The notes under the pieces are model-generated. The model did not search any database. It was given only the letters and a program-made list of their open reading frames with translations, and had not been told where the DNA came from. This document shows positions 44,310 through 54,297 of a stretch of DNA of 64,000 nucleotides, in pieces (within the stretch, counting starts at the first letter, position 1; each line of letters opens with the position of its first letter). Source of the DNA: Candidatus Saccharimonadales bacterium (lineage in GTDB: Bacteria; Acidobacteriota; Terriglobia; Acidiferrales; UBA7541); contig DATHFT010000197.1 in assembly GCA_035317965.1 (NCBI GenBank), positions 12,731 to 76,730 of the forward strand. The letters are read 5' to 3'. Position numbers and translations under genes: made by a program.

Positions 44310-45617
44310 ATGTCCAACTCACTGATAAAAAATATCCCGTTGCCGTCGCGGCGACGATTTCTTCAAGGTGCTGCGCTGGCTTCGGCCTTGGCCGTGGGCA
44401 GCGAGGTTGGCTACTCCCAAGCAGATGGGAGCGGCGCTCTGCCAGCCGCGTTTGCATCGCTAAAACCGCTGGGCGCGCGGGTAAAGCCCATCACACCCCA
44501 AGAATTTCAAAGCAGGCTCGCGCACGGGCAGCAATTGATGGGCGAACTGCAGCCGCAGCTGGACGCCCTGTTTTTTTCTGCAGGCACTTCGCTCTACTAC
44601 TTCACCGGAATCCGCTGGGGCTTGAGCGAACGTCTGATGGGCATGGTTCTGCCCCGCAAGGGAGCGCCATTTTTGCTGGTGCCGGCTTTTGAAGAAGGGC
44701 GCCTGCGCGAGAAGTTGCGATTTCCAATCGCTATCCAGGTGTGGCAGGAAGACCAGAGCCCGACAAACGTTGCAGCCCGCGCGCTCGGAGAACTGGGGCT
44801 GCGCAGTGGACGAATTGGAGTGGAAGAAACGACCGGTTTTACGTTTGCCGATCACTTCCGCCAGGCAGCGCCCGCCTTTGCATTTGTTTCAGCCGATCCT
44901 GTCACAATCGCGTGCCGTGGACGCAAAACGGCGCACGAGTTGGAACTGATTCGCCTGGCTTGCGCTGCAACGTTCGACGTATTTCGCGCCGTCTTTGCTT
45001 CCCTCAAGGCCGGCGTCTCACAGGGGGAAATTGGCAGTTGGATTGAAAGCGGATTCTCAAGGATGGGATTGCGTGGAGGGGCGCTGGTTTTGATCGGAGC
45101 GTCCGCCGCGCTGCCGCATGGTTCTTCCAAACCGCAAACGTTGCGCGAGGGAGATGTTGTCTTGATTGATGGCGGCTGCAACGTAGAAGGTTACGAGTCG
45201 GACGTGACGCGGACCGGTGTATTTGGCAAACCTTCGGCGAAGATGCAAAGCGTATACGAAATCGTTCGCCGGGCGCAGGACGCCGCTCTCGACGCCGCTC
45301 GAGCGGGGAAATTATCCGGAACGGTGGACGACGGTGCTCGTGCCGTCGTCACCACGGCAGGATACGGCCCCGACTACAAGTTTTTCACGCATCGCCTGGG
45401 ACACGGAATTGGACTCGATGGACACGAACATCCCTATCTCGTTCGCGGAAGCAAAACGATCCTGGAACCAAACATGACGTTTTCCAACGAACCGGGAATC
45501 TATATTCCAGGGGAATTCGGCTTGCGCTGCGAGGATTTGATGGTCATTGCAGCGGACGGCCCGGCGCAATTGTTGACGGCGGGCTTTCCAGTTTCACTCG
45601 AAACGCCGCTCGGTTAG
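44310..45617 (+). CDS. M24 family metallopeptidase (Xaa-Pro peptidase/creatinase-like) with Tat signal
   Basis: Twin-arginine signal SRRRFLQGAALASALAV. M24 pita-bread motifs VLIDGGCNVEGYESDVTRT, HRLGHGIGLDGHE and EPGIY. Confidence 0.85.
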   Translation: MSNSLIKNIPLPSRRRFLQGAALASALAVGSEVGYSQADGSGALPAAFASLKPLGARVKPITPQEFQSRLAHGQQLMGELQPQLDALFFSAGTSLYYFTGIRWGLSERLMGMVLPRKGAPFLLVPAFEEGRLREKLRFPIAIQVWQEDQSPTNVAARALGELGLRSGRIGVEETTGFTFADHFRQAAPAFAFVSADPVTIACRGRKTAHELELIRLACAATFDVFRAVFASLKAGVSQGEIGSWIESGFSRMGLRGGALVLIGASAALPHGSSKPQTLREGDVVLIDGGCNVEGYESDVTRTGVFGKPSAKMQSVYEIVRRAQDAALDAARAGKLSGTVDDGARAVVTTAGYGPDYKFFTHRLGHGIGLDGHEHPYLVRGSKTILEPNMTFSNEPGIYIPGEFGLRCEDLMVIAADGPAQLLTAGFPVSLETPLG

Positions 45618-46600
45618 GTCTGGTGCGCACGGAGCGCTTCGCAGAAATCCACGATTCGCTGCTCCGCCCAAAAACGTTCGGCCCCGGCGTGTCTGGAAAT
45701 AAATCCACAATGGCCGCCGTGCCTGGTGGCCAGGAAACGAATGGCCGGATTGCGTTCAGGCTGCAGAGCCAGAAATGAAACATAAGGCACAAACGGATCG
45801 TCTTCCGACGTAATCAGAAGCGCCGGCACTCGCACTTTGTCGAGCAGTTGCATTGCGCTGGCAGCCTCGTAATACTCCTGCGCGTTGCGATAGCCGAAAT
45901 TCGGTGCGGTAATGGCATCGTCGAAGTCGCGAACCGTGCGAATCGGTCCAAATCCGTTGGCAGAATAGCGATCCGGAAACAGTTTCTGCTTCTTCGCGTA
46001 ACTCGCCATCAGATTGTTCACAAAATGCCGTTGATAGAAAAAATTGTCTCTGCGCTCAAGCGCATCCGCGCATGCCGCTAGATCCAGGGCAGGACACACC
46101 ACACCAATTCCGCGGAGCGCCGGGGGCGCGGAATCAGCCAGCTCTCCGGCCATTTTTGCGACCAGGTTCCCGCCCATCGAATATCCCGCGAAGAAAATCT
46201 GTTCAAATCCGTCCACTGTCGCGAGTTCTTCAAGGACGGCGCGATAGTCGCTGCTCATTCCGGAATTATAGAGCGTCGGCGTAAGTTTCTCAGAGCCCCC
46301 ACAATTGCGCTGGTTCACTCGAATTGCGTGAAAGCCGCGCGCAAAAGCCTTTTCCGCAATTCCCTTCATGTAATTCGAATCACTCGAACCTTCCAGGCCA
46401 TGCACGATCACAATCACCGGAGCATTTTTGTTTTTACCCGGTTGCCAATTGCACTGCGCCAGCAACTGGGACCAGGGATCAACACGAAACAGTCGTTTTT
46501 CCGGTACAGGAAGATCGAAACGGCGCGGCCAAAAGGCGGACCCGATCGTCATCCCATGCCCGCTGCGCAGGAATGGATACGGCTCAAAGGGAGTTTTCAT
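45614..46600 (-). CDS. YheT/ABHD-type alpha/beta hydrolase
   Basis: The ATG at 46600 gives MKTPFEPYPF. Contains VIVIVHGLEGSSDSNYM and the nucleophile elbow AGYSMGGN. The 59-codon upstream extension in the track ORF looks non-coding. Confidence 0.8.
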   Translation of the reverse strand: MKTPFEPYPFLRSGHGMTIGSAFWPRRFDLPVPEKRLFRVDPWSQLLAQCNWQPGKNKNAPVIVIVHGLEGSSDSNYMKGIAEKAFARGFHAIRVNQRNCGGSEKLTPTLYNSGMSSDYRAVLEELATVDGFEQIFFAGYSMGGNLVAKMAGELADSAPPALRGIGVVCPALDLAACADALERRDNFFYQRHFVNNLMASYAKKQKLFPDRYSANGFGPIRTVRDFDDAITAPNFGYRNAQEYYEAASAMQLLDKVRVPALLITSEDDPFVPYVSFLALQPERNPAIRFLATRHGGHCGFISRHAGAERFWAEQRIVDFCEALRAHQT

Positions 46601-46806
46601 AGGTCGTACATTGCATCTTACGTTTTCCGCAAGCTTCACCGCCGAGTTGCCATTTGCCGCCTCCGGGCAGTTTTCCCGCGACCCTCCGCCGGGCTGGCCA
46701 CAGGCCGCCGCAAGTATCGGCATTCGCACGTCAAGTTTACTCGCCAGGGCCGCAGACACGAATAGGACGCCCCGCAAAAGTTCAATGGAGGGAGCGCGGC
46801 GGCGAA

Positions 46807-46944
46807 TTACGGCTTCGGCGGTTCGGCAGGTGTAGGCGACGGTGTATAGGAGATTCTGCTTCCGTCACGACGCGGAGGAGGCAGCTTCGGAGCTTCTTTC
46901 TTAGGTTTCTTTTTTTCGCGATTTCGTGCGTCCTTGTTTCCCAT
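46807..46944 (-). CDS. Possible small Lys/Pro-rich protein (45 aa)
   Basis: Hand translation gives MGNKDARNREKKKPKKEAPKLPPPRRDGSRISYTPSPTPAEPPKP. It is not in the ORF track because it is under 60 aa. There is no convincing RBS and the composition is low-complexity. Confidence 0.2.
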   Translation of the reverse strand: MGNKDARNREKKKPKKEAPKLPPPRRDGSRISYTPSPTPAEPPKP

Positions 46945-47284
46945 GCATTAAAGATTGCCATACTTCACTAGCCATTGGTAGCGCTTTGCCATTCTGGCAA
47001 AAGACCGGCGGCCACGGCTGCTGTGTGCCGAATTTCTCCGGGCCGGAGCCAACTGTCAATCTGGTCGACGCTTTTTGGCCCACGCGCCCGGGAAAACGCG
47101 AGCTCGGCACTGCGTTTGACGGCATCCGCGGCGGCCAATCGGAATCGTCTGCTAGGACGGTTCGGCAAGGGCCCGCTGCCCGCATCCGATGGCCGCTACC
47201 GGGATCCTCGCTTCGGATGGCTTGCCGGCCGGACTGGCTCGTAAGACCGTCGGCGAACCGCGGCACCGGGAAACGGCTCGATCA

Positions 47285-47614
47285 TCACGAGCGAATCTCC
47301 AGCCGAAGGATCTGGTCATTGGCGAGCTTGAAAATGTGATCTACTTCGACCGGACTACCCGGGAACTTACCTGTCAGACGAGTGCGCACCCGCACCACAT
47401 CTCCGGCTACGAGCGCATTGAGAGGTTCAAGAACATACCGGTATTTTGTGTCCACCTCTTGCTTCCATTGTTGAATCGCGGCGCGTCCACGATGGTCTTG
47501 CCCCTCATCATGAACTACGGCATCTTCGGCGAAGCATAGAGCTAGCTTCTCGGCATCTTTAGTGTTCTCCGCCGCCAGATAGCTGGCAACGGGCTGCGGC
47601 ACTTTGAGGGGCAT
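47285..47614 (-). CDS. SnoaL-like / NTF2 family protein
   Basis: 109 aa. YLAAENTKDAEKLALCFAEDAVVHDEG...AAIQQW is typical of NTF2-like SnoaL proteins. Confidence 0.7.
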   Translation of the reverse strand: MPLKVPQPVASYLAAENTKDAEKLALCFAEDAVVHDEGQDHRGRAAIQQWKQEVDTKYRYVLEPLNALVAGDVVRVRTRLTGKFPGSPVEVDHIFKLANDQILRLEIRS

Positions 47615-47678
47615 TTTCAGTCTCCCGAGGGACCTAAGGTTGTTCTGCTGGACTCCCGCTTTGCGGCAGCGTCTTCTG

Positions 47679-47828
47679 TCAGAACTTCAAATCCGGCAAA
47701 GCCCTAAGAAGCGTCACATCTGTGGCGACCAGGCGCTCGCCCGATCGAAGGACCGCTTCAGCGATGCAGCGGCGCAAACCGCTCGCGCTTCCAGTTGCCA
47801 GCCAGACTCTGGACCTGAAATCCTCCAT
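47679..47828 (-). pseudogene. Truncated N-terminal fragment of a short-chain dehydrogenase/reductase
   Basis: MEDFRSRVWLATGSASGLRRCIAEAVLRSGERLVATD matches the SDR Rossmann start (TGxxxGxG-type), but the frame stops after about 50 codons. No remainder of the gene is visible. Confidence 0.4.
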
Positions 47829-48055
47829 TCCCTTGGATGCAGCGCATAACTGCCTAGGCACACCCGCTGCCGGAAACGCCGTGAACTTGACCGGAAGTGT
47901 TCAGAGACCTACAATGAAAGATTCACCGTGACGCATTGTTTCGATTTGATGAATTACGCTGACTGCTTCGCAGTCGCGCATTGTAACGTCGGCCCAGCGG
48001 CCACCCGCTGGGCTGCGGTGTTTTATGGCGCACACTTTGGCTTCGCGAGGATGGG

Positions 48056-49519
48056 ATGATAGACGGTCCGATTGTAGAAGGTCTTACGTTTGACGATGTG
48101 CTGCTGCTCCCGGGCAAATCGTCGGTTCTGCCGACAGAAGTAGACACCCGCACAAATTTCACGCGCACTCTGAAATTAAACATTCCCCTGGCCTCCGCGG
48201 CAATGGATACGGTTACAGAATCACGTCTGGCTATCGCCATCGCGCGACAGGGGGGCATTGGCATCGTGCATCGCAACATGCCCATTGACCGGCAAGGCGA
48301 GGAAGTGGACCGCGTGAAACGTTCAGAAAGCGGAATGATTGTTGATCCAGTCACGATTTCCCCGGACATCACGCTGCGACAAGCACTGGAAATCATGACC
48401 AAGTACCGCATCTCCGGATTGCCGGTGACGCGCGGTTCCCGGCTGACCGGCATTTTAACCAATCGCGATTTGCGTTTTGAAAAAAATCATACCCAACTCG
48501 TCGCGTCGGTGATGACGAAAGATAATCTGGTCACCGTTCCGGTGGGAACGACGCTTGAGGAAGCGGAAAGAATTCTGCAAAAGCATCGCATTGAAAAACT
48601 CCTGGTGGTCGATCAGGATTTTAATCTCAAAGGTTTGATCACCGTAAAAGATATTCAAAAAAAACTGGAATATCCCTATTCGGCAAAGGACGAACAAGGC
48701 CGATTGCGCGTAGGTGCGGCCGTTGGCGCGACCGGCGACTTTCTGGAGCGCGCTGTGGAAATGTCCAAGTCCAAGGCGGATGTGCTGGCCATCGATACGG
48801 CACACGGACATTCGCAGAAAGTTATGGACGCAATCAAAGCGATTCGCCATCGCTTGCCCGAAATGCAAATCATCGCCGGCAACGTCGCAACGTACGACGG
48901 AGCGAAAGATCTGATTTCCCTGGGAATCGACGGCTTGAAAGTCGGGATTGGCCCGGGCTCGATTTGCACGACCCGCGTGGTCACCGGAGCCGGTGTGCCG
49001 CAACTCACGGCCATTTCAGAAGCGGCCCGCGCGGCCAAAGGCACCAACGTTCCGATTATTGCAGATGGCGGAATTAAATATTCCGGTGATATTACCAAGG
49101 CAGTGGTCGCCGGCGCGAACTGCGTGATGATTGGAAGTCTGTTCGCCGGAACGGAGGAGTCTCCCGGCGAAACCATCTTGTTTCAGGGCCGCACTTTTAA
49201 GTCGTATCGCGGCATGGGCTCGATCGGCGCGATGAATGCAGGCTCCGACCGCTATTCCGTCGTGCAGGATTCCACCGAAAGCGGCAAATCCGTACCCGAA
49301 GGCGTCGAGGGCCGCGTACCTTACAAAGGTTCGCTCGGCGCACTGACCGATCAGCTTGTCGGCGGGCTAAAAAGCGGTATGGGCTACGCGGGCGCCGGAA
49401 CGCTCGCCGACTTGACGGAGCGTGGGCGCTTTGTGCGCATCACCGCAGCCGGCCTGCGCGAAAGCCATGTACACGACGTAATCATTACGCGCGAGGCTCC
49501 CAACTATCGGATGGAATAG
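48056..49519 (+). CDS. guaB: IMP dehydrogenase
   Basis: [11 protein letters not shown], tandem CBS domains, the catalytic loop [11 protein letters not shown], and [12 protein letters not shown]. Confidence 0.96.
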   Translation: MIDGPIVEGLTFDDVLLLPGKSSVLPTEVDTRTNFTRTLKLNIPLASAAMDTVTESRLAIAIARQGGIGIVHRNMPIDRQGEEVDRVKRSESGMIVDPVTISPDITLRQALEIMTKYRISGLPVTRGSRLTGILTNRDLRFEKNHTQLVASVMTKDNLVTVPVGTTLEEAERILQKHRIEKLLVVDQDFNLKGLITVKDIQKKLEYPYSAKDEQGRLRVGAAVGATGDFLERAVEMSKSKADVLAIDTAHGHSQKVMDAIKAIRHRLPEMQIIAGNVATYDGAKDLISLGIDGLKVGIGPGSICTTRVVTGAGVPQLTAISEAARAAKGTNVPIIADGGIKYSGDITKAVVAGANCVMIGSLFAGTEESPGETILFQGRTFKSYRGMGSIGAMNAGSDRYSVVQDSTESGKSVPEGVEGRVPYKGSLGALTDQLVGGLKSGMGYAGAGTLADLTERGRFVRITAAGLRESHVHDVIITREAPNYRME

Positions 49520-49625
49520 TGCATCCAATAGTATGAGTGAACGCTTCATTCTGAAATTCATGTGAACGGAGATTTTTTTCTGCATAGCTTGTTTGACAGC
49601 CTCTTGTTGCCCCTTTTGCACAGCG

Positions 49626-50189
49626 ATGGTTATGGCCATGAGTGATCAACCGTGGCGTCATCCTCGTCCTGCTCCTGAACTTTCGGAAATGCGCAGCCGC
49701 GTGGCAACCCCTCCGGCGCTGTCCTGGTTGTATGCCTGGTGGCCCGCTCTGGTGTGGGCGGCTGTAATTTTTTCCATGTCCACGGACGTATTTTCTGCCG
49801 AGCACACCGCAAATATGTTTGATCCGATCGTGCGCTGGCTGCATCCTTCAGTAACTGCCTACGGATTGGATCTGGTCAACCATGCAATGCGCAAGATGGC
49901 GCACTTCTCGGAATATTTTGTGTTCGGTTTGTTTCTGTATCGCGGAGTGCGCAAGGGCCGGAGCGGCTGGCGATGGACCTGGGGCTTGAGCGCATGGTTT
50001 GTCGCGGCGGTCTACGCGTCGCTCGACGAGGTGCACCAGGCCTTTGTCGCGAGCCGCACGGCTTCGCCTTACGACTCCCTGCTGGATTCGATTGGCGCGC
50101 TTTTCGCGGTAATTGTCATCTGGATTTATTTCAATTTCCCCAAGCGTCCGCAACCTTCGCCGCACGTGTCGCCCGCAATTCCAGAGTAA
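49626..50189 (+). CDS. VanZ family membrane protein
   Basis: Contains RKMAHFSEYFVFGLFLY and DEVHQAFVASRTASPYDSLLDSIGA. The start is ambiguous: TTG at 49593 in the track, or ATGs at 49626, 49632 and 49638. Confidence 0.7.
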   Translation: MVMAMSDQPWRHPRPAPELSEMRSRVATPPALSWLYAWWPALVWAAVIFSMSTDVFSAEHTANMFDPIVRWLHPSVTAYGLDLVNHAMRKMAHFSEYFVFGLFLYRGVRKGRSGWRWTWGLSAWFVAAVYASLDEVHQAFVASRTASPYDSLLDSIGALFAVIVIWIYFNFPKRPQPSPHVSPAIPE

Positions 50190-50252
50190 TGAATTCTTGA
50201 ACAACCAATAATCGGCGTATCCGCAGCCGATTCCGTTGCATCGAAACCTACT

Positions 50253-51305
50253 ATGGAATACCGACAACTTGGCAATTCTGGATTGAAAGTTCCCGTATTG
50301 AGTTTTGGGACGGGAACGTTTGGCGGGGGCACCGAGTTTTTTAAGGCTTGGGGTAGCAGCGATGTCGGCGAAGCAAAACGCCTGATTGATATCTGCCTGG
50401 AAGCCGGCGTGAACTTGTTCGATACGGCCGACGTATATTCGGACGGAGTATCTGAGGAGATTCTGGGCAAAGCGCTTGCAGGTAAACGCAATGACGTTTT
50501 GATTTCGACGAAGACCACGTTTCGCATGAGCAAAGCGAAGGTACCGAACGACGTGGGATCGTCGCGCTTTCATATCATTCAGGCGTGCGAAGCGAGTTTG
50601 AAACGGCTGGGCGTGGAGCATATCGATATTTATCACATGCACGGATTCGACGCGATGACTCCGGTCGAAGAAACCCTGAAAGCGCTCGATAATCTGGTGA
50701 CGAGCGGAAAAGTCCGCTATATCGCTTGCTCGAATTTTTCGGGATGGCATCTTATGAAGTCGCTCTCGGTTTCCGAGCGTTATGGCTGGTCGCGCTATGT
50801 GGGTCATCAGGTGTATTACTCGCTGGTGGGGCGCGAGTATGAATGGGAATTGATGCCGCTCGGGCTGAAAGAAGGAGTGGCTGCGCTCGTGTGGAGCCCG
50901 CTGGGTTGGGGACGCCTGACAGGAAAAATCCGGCGCGGCACGCCGGTTCCGAAAGACAGCCGCCTGCATAAAACTGCCGATTACGGACCGCAAGTCGTGG
51001 ACGAATATTTGTACAAGGTTGTTGATGCGCTGGACGAAGTGGTTAAGGAAACCGGGAAAAGCGTCCCGCAGATTGCGCTAAATTGGTTGTTGCAGCGGCC
51101 AACGGTGGCGAATGTAATTGTAGGCGCGCGTAATGAAGAGCAGTTGCGGCAAAACCTGGCGGCCGAAGGTTGGAATTTGACGACAGGGCAGGTCGCAAAA
51201 TTGGACGCGGCCAGCGACGTGACGCCGATTTATCCGTATTGGCATCAGCGACAGTTCACCGAACGAAACCCGTTGCCGGTCCCGGTGGCCGCTCCGAAGG
51301 GTTGA
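50253..51305 (+). CDS. Aldo/keto reductase
   Basis: MEYRQLGNSGLKVPVLSFGTGTFGG, DTADVYSDGVSEEILGKAL, and IDIYHMHGFD. Confidence 0.9.
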   Translation: MEYRQLGNSGLKVPVLSFGTGTFGGGTEFFKAWGSSDVGEAKRLIDICLEAGVNLFDTADVYSDGVSEEILGKALAGKRNDVLISTKTTFRMSKAKVPNDVGSSRFHIIQACEASLKRLGVEHIDIYHMHGFDAMTPVEETLKALDNLVTSGKVRYIACSNFSGWHLMKSLSVSERYGWSRYVGHQVYYSLVGREYEWELMPLGLKEGVAALVWSPLGWGRLTGKIRRGTPVPKDSRLHKTADYGPQVVDEYLYKVVDALDEVVKETGKSVPQIALNWLLQRPTVANVIVGARNEEQLRQNLAAEGWNLTTGQVAKLDAASDVTPIYPYWHQRQFTERNPLPVPVAAPKG

Positions 51306-51520
51306 TGTTACAGCGCTTCGATTTTTAGTCTCTAGGTTCAATCCCCTATCCCATTTCAAGCCGAATGGCGTTTAAAACATGATCCGGACCCCCTCCCTAA
51401 ACTCGCGGCGCTTTTCGCTGCTTCCGTACCCATCTGATGGACCGCGTCGATGCCAGCCCGGCCAACGGAGGCCAGCGCCACCTGCGCCGCTGCGGAAACT
51501 TAGCCAAATCAAGACAGGCA

Positions 51521-51685
51521 GGGCTGATCGACTCAGATATTTTAATTGAAGTTTCGCGCGCCAAAGACACGGCGATTCTCGCCAGATGGAACGGTTTGAG
51601 CCTGGGACTCCGTCAACGCCTGCCCCATTCACGACTGAAGTACTGCTTCCCGGCCCAATTGATTCAGCTTCTCAAACCGGTATGA
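51521..51685 (+). pseudogene. Possible remnant of a PIN-domain (VapC-like) toxin gene
   Basis: GLIDSDILIEVSRAKDTAILARW resembles the N-terminus of VapC/PIN toxins, including the first acidic residue. There is no start codon, and the frame decays after about 25 residues. A +2 frame gives TTEVLLPG, which may correspond to the second acidic motif. There is no room for a full PIN domain before rplQ. Confidence 0.3.
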
Positions 51686-51715
51686 GCGACGTCGAGTCGT
51701 TCCTAGAAACTGAGA

Positions 51716-51739
51716 AAGCCCGCGACATGATCGCGGGCT
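51716..51739 (-). terminator. Probable terminator of the alpha ribosomal operon (after rplQ)
   Basis: Minus-strand GC-rich hairpin AGCCCGCGA-TCATG-TCGCG(G)GGCT with one bulge, followed by TTCTCAGTTTCT. It lies 40 nt after the rplQ stop. Confidence 0.45.
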
Positions 51740-51779
51740 CGTAAAATTGGAAAGGAACTCAGTCTGGAATCTGTGAATG

Positions 51780-52205
51780 TTAACTGGCGGCCGCGGCCGG
51801 AGCTTCTTCCTTCTTGGTGACGCGTTCCTTCTTTTCTTTGGGTTTGTATTCGAAGCCGACGAGTTCGAGAATGGCAACTTTGGCATTGTCGCCGACACGG
51901 TTACCCGCGTGGATGATGCGGGTGTAGCCGCCGGCACGATCGGCGTACTTGGGCGCGATGTCCGTGAAGAGTCTTACTGTGGCCGACGGCTGGAGCAGGA
52001 ACGCAGCAGCCTGGCGGCGCGACTGGAGCGTGTCACGCTTGCCGAGTGTGATGATTTTCTCGGCCAGTGGGCGCGCAGCCTTGGCGCGCGTCAGCGTAGT
52101 AGTGATGCGGCCGTGTTCGAAAAGATTGGTGACCAGCGCGCGGAGTACGGCGCGGCGGTGGCTTGGGTCTTTGCCTAGTTTGGAGCCTGATTTTAGGTGG
52201 CGCAT
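51780..52205 (-). CDS. rplQ: 50S ribosomal protein L17
   Basis: MRHLKSGSKLGKDPSHRRAVLRALVTNL. Last gene of the alpha operon. Confidence 0.97.
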   Translation of the reverse strand: MRHLKSGSKLGKDPSHRRAVLRALVTNLFEHGRITTTLTRAKAARPLAEKIITLGKRDTLQSRRQAAAFLLQPSATVRLFTDIAPKYADRAGGYTRIIHAGNRVGDNAKVAILELVGFEYKPKEKKERVTKKEEAPAAAAS

Positions 52206-52380
52206 TCGTTGTTCCTTAGACGCTTCAGGGGCTAAAGCCCTTTTTTAAATGTGCTGCGGAATGTACGAGCGGAAGCTCGTATTTCCTCACGAAACTGCTA
52301 AAACTGAGCCCGTTATTCCCTACAAAACTGCCAGGTAGCACTTGGCGGCTCGCACGGACTGCAGTCTGCGTTACTAAAGG

Positions 52381-52410
52381 CTGCGGGACAGATCGAAATC
52401 TGTCCCGCAG
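52381..52410 (-). other. Perfect 13-bp hairpin with TTCG loop in the rpoA-rplQ spacer
   Basis: The minus strand reads CTGCGGGACAGAT-TTCG-ATCTGTCCCGCAG and starts 10 nt after the rpoA stop. No clean U-tract follows it. Confidence 0.6.
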
Positions 52411-52419
52411 GAAAAATGA

Positions 52420-53451
52420 TTACAAGGTGACGTTGTCGTCAGACGATGGGGCCTGGGTCTGGCTGGGGAGCGGCGGCCAGATGATGCGGCCGTGCTCATC
52501 GAACTTCATGCCCAGCGCGAGGCCCATCTTCACCAGTATATCCTTGATCTCGTTGAGCGATTTGCGGCCGAAGTTTTTGGTCTTCAGCATTTCATTCTCG
52601 CTCTTTTGCACGAGTTCGCGGATGGTCTGGATATTGGCGTTCTTCAGACAGTTGTAGGAACGCACGGAAAGTTCCAGCTCTTCGACCGAACGATCGAGAT
52701 ACTCAAGGCGCGGATCGTTGGAGGTGTTTTCGATGACGACATCGGAAACGTCCGTAGGCTCTTCGAAGTTGATGAAGATGCTCATGTGATCCTTGACGAG
52801 TTTCGCCGCAAGGCCGATGGAATCCTGCGGAGTGATGGCGCCGTTGGTCCAGACTTCAACCATGAGCTTTTCATAATCGGTCATTTGGCCGAGACGAGCG
52901 GCTTCAACGGAGTAGTTCACTTTGCGCACGGGCGAGTGGACGCTATCGACCGGGATGTAGCCGATCGGGAGGTCTTCGTCATAGTTGCGGTCGGCAGCGA
53001 CGTAGCCGCGGCCATTCTTGACGCGCATTTCGATCTGCAGTTTGCCGCCTTCGCTGACCGTGGCGATATAGACGCTCTTGTCGAGAACCGCGAAGTCGGA
53101 ATCTTCTTCGATTTGCGCGGAAGTGACGGGGCCCGGCTGCTCGACGTTGACGAAAATCGTCTTCGGCAAGTCCGTGTTGAGCTTGATGGGCACTTGCTTC
53201 AAGTTCAGGATGATGTCGGTTGCGTCTTCGACAACGCCAGGAATCGAAGAAAATTCATGCAGCACGCCTTCAATCTTAACGGCGGTGATGGCGGCGCCTT
53301 CGATGGAGCTGAGGAGAGCGCGGCGCAGACCGTTGCCGACAGTTGTTCCCCAGCCACGTTCAAATGGCTGCGCGGAAAACCGTCCGTACTTTTCGGTAAG
53401 CGATTCCAGCTCAGGAGCAAGACGCTTTGGTTTTTGAAAGCCCTTCCACAT
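52420..53451 (-). CDS. rpoA: DNA-directed RNA polymerase subunit alpha
   Basis: [26 protein letters not shown]. The C-terminal domain has [16 protein letters not shown]. Confidence 0.97.
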   Translation of the reverse strand: MWKGFQKPKRLAPELESLTEKYGRFSAQPFERGWGTTVGNGLRRALLSSIEGAAITAVKIEGVLHEFSSIPGVVEDATDIILNLKQVPIKLNTDLPKTIFVNVEQPGPVTSAQIEEDSDFAVLDKSVYIATVSEGGKLQIEMRVKNGRGYVAADRNYDEDLPIGYIPVDSVHSPVRKVNYSVEAARLGQMTDYEKLMVEVWTNGAITPQDSIGLAAKLVKDHMSIFINFEEPTDVSDVVIENTSNDPRLEYLDRSVEELELSVRSYNCLKNANIQTIRELVQKSENEMLKTKNFGRKSLNEIKDILVKMGLALGMKFDEHGRIIWPPLPSQTQAPSSDDNVTL

Positions 53452-53556
53452 CGTAATCCTTCCTTCTGGGCCGTTTAGGCCGGCCCCACGCCCTGTTACC
53501 TGTGAGCGGTTTGCGCGGGAGGAAAATTTCCCGGGCGAAACGTTCAGCGATTGCGA

Positions 53557-54189
53557 TTACTTCGAATACAACTCGACGATGAGCTGTTCGTTAAATGGCG
53601 GAGTCTGCACGTCTTCGCGCTTTGGCAGCGCGACGACTTTGGCCTTGAACTGTTCGCGCTCCTGCTCGAGCCACGGTACTGTCGACTGGCTTTGAGCAAC
53701 GTTACGCGCTTCAAGGACCATGGCGTTGTCGTGCATCTTGTCCTTGATGGCGATCTCTTCGCCGACGTTCACGAGGTAGGAAGGAATGTTGACCTTCTTA
53801 CCGCTGACGCGGACGTGCCCGTGCAGCACGAGTTGCCGTGCCTGCGAACGAGAAGATGCCAGACCCGCGCGCCAGACGACGTTGTCGAGACGGCGTTCCA
53901 GCGTGATGATCAGGTTTTCGCCTGTCGGCCCCTTGGCGCGTTCAGCCTTTTCGAAATAGAGGCGGAACTGGCGCTCGAGGAGGCCATAGGTGCGCTTCAT
54001 CTTTTGCTTTTCGCGCAACTGCAAGCCGTAACCCGCAACTTTCGGGCGGCGCGACTGGCCGTGCTGTCCCGGAACGAAATTGCGCTTTTCAATGGCGCAC
54101 TTTTCCGTGAAACAACGCAAACCTTTTAGAAATAGTTTCTGCCCTTCCCTACGGCACAGGCGGCAGACTGCATCTCGGTGTCTTGCCAA
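53557..54189 (-). CDS. rpsD: 30S ribosomal protein S4
   Basis: MARHRDAVCRLCRREGQKLFLKG. The four-Cys cluster form (CRLC...CFTEKC). Confidence 0.97.
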   Translation of the reverse strand: MARHRDAVCRLCRREGQKLFLKGLRCFTEKCAIEKRNFVPGQHGQSRRPKVAGYGLQLREKQKMKRTYGLLERQFRLYFEKAERAKGPTGENLIITLERRLDNVVWRAGLASSRSQARQLVLHGHVRVSGKKVNIPSYLVNVGEEIAIKDKMHDNAMVLEARNVAQSQSTVPWLEQEREQFKAKVVALPKREDVQTPPFNEQLIVELYSK

Positions 54190-54297
54190 CTTCGATTCTC
54201 CCTTCCCAAAGCTTTCCTGGCGACCCGGAGTAAATTTCCGGGCTGCTCAATTTTTCTGTTGCAGCCGGCAGCAGGGCCGCCGCACTGCAATCCTCAA

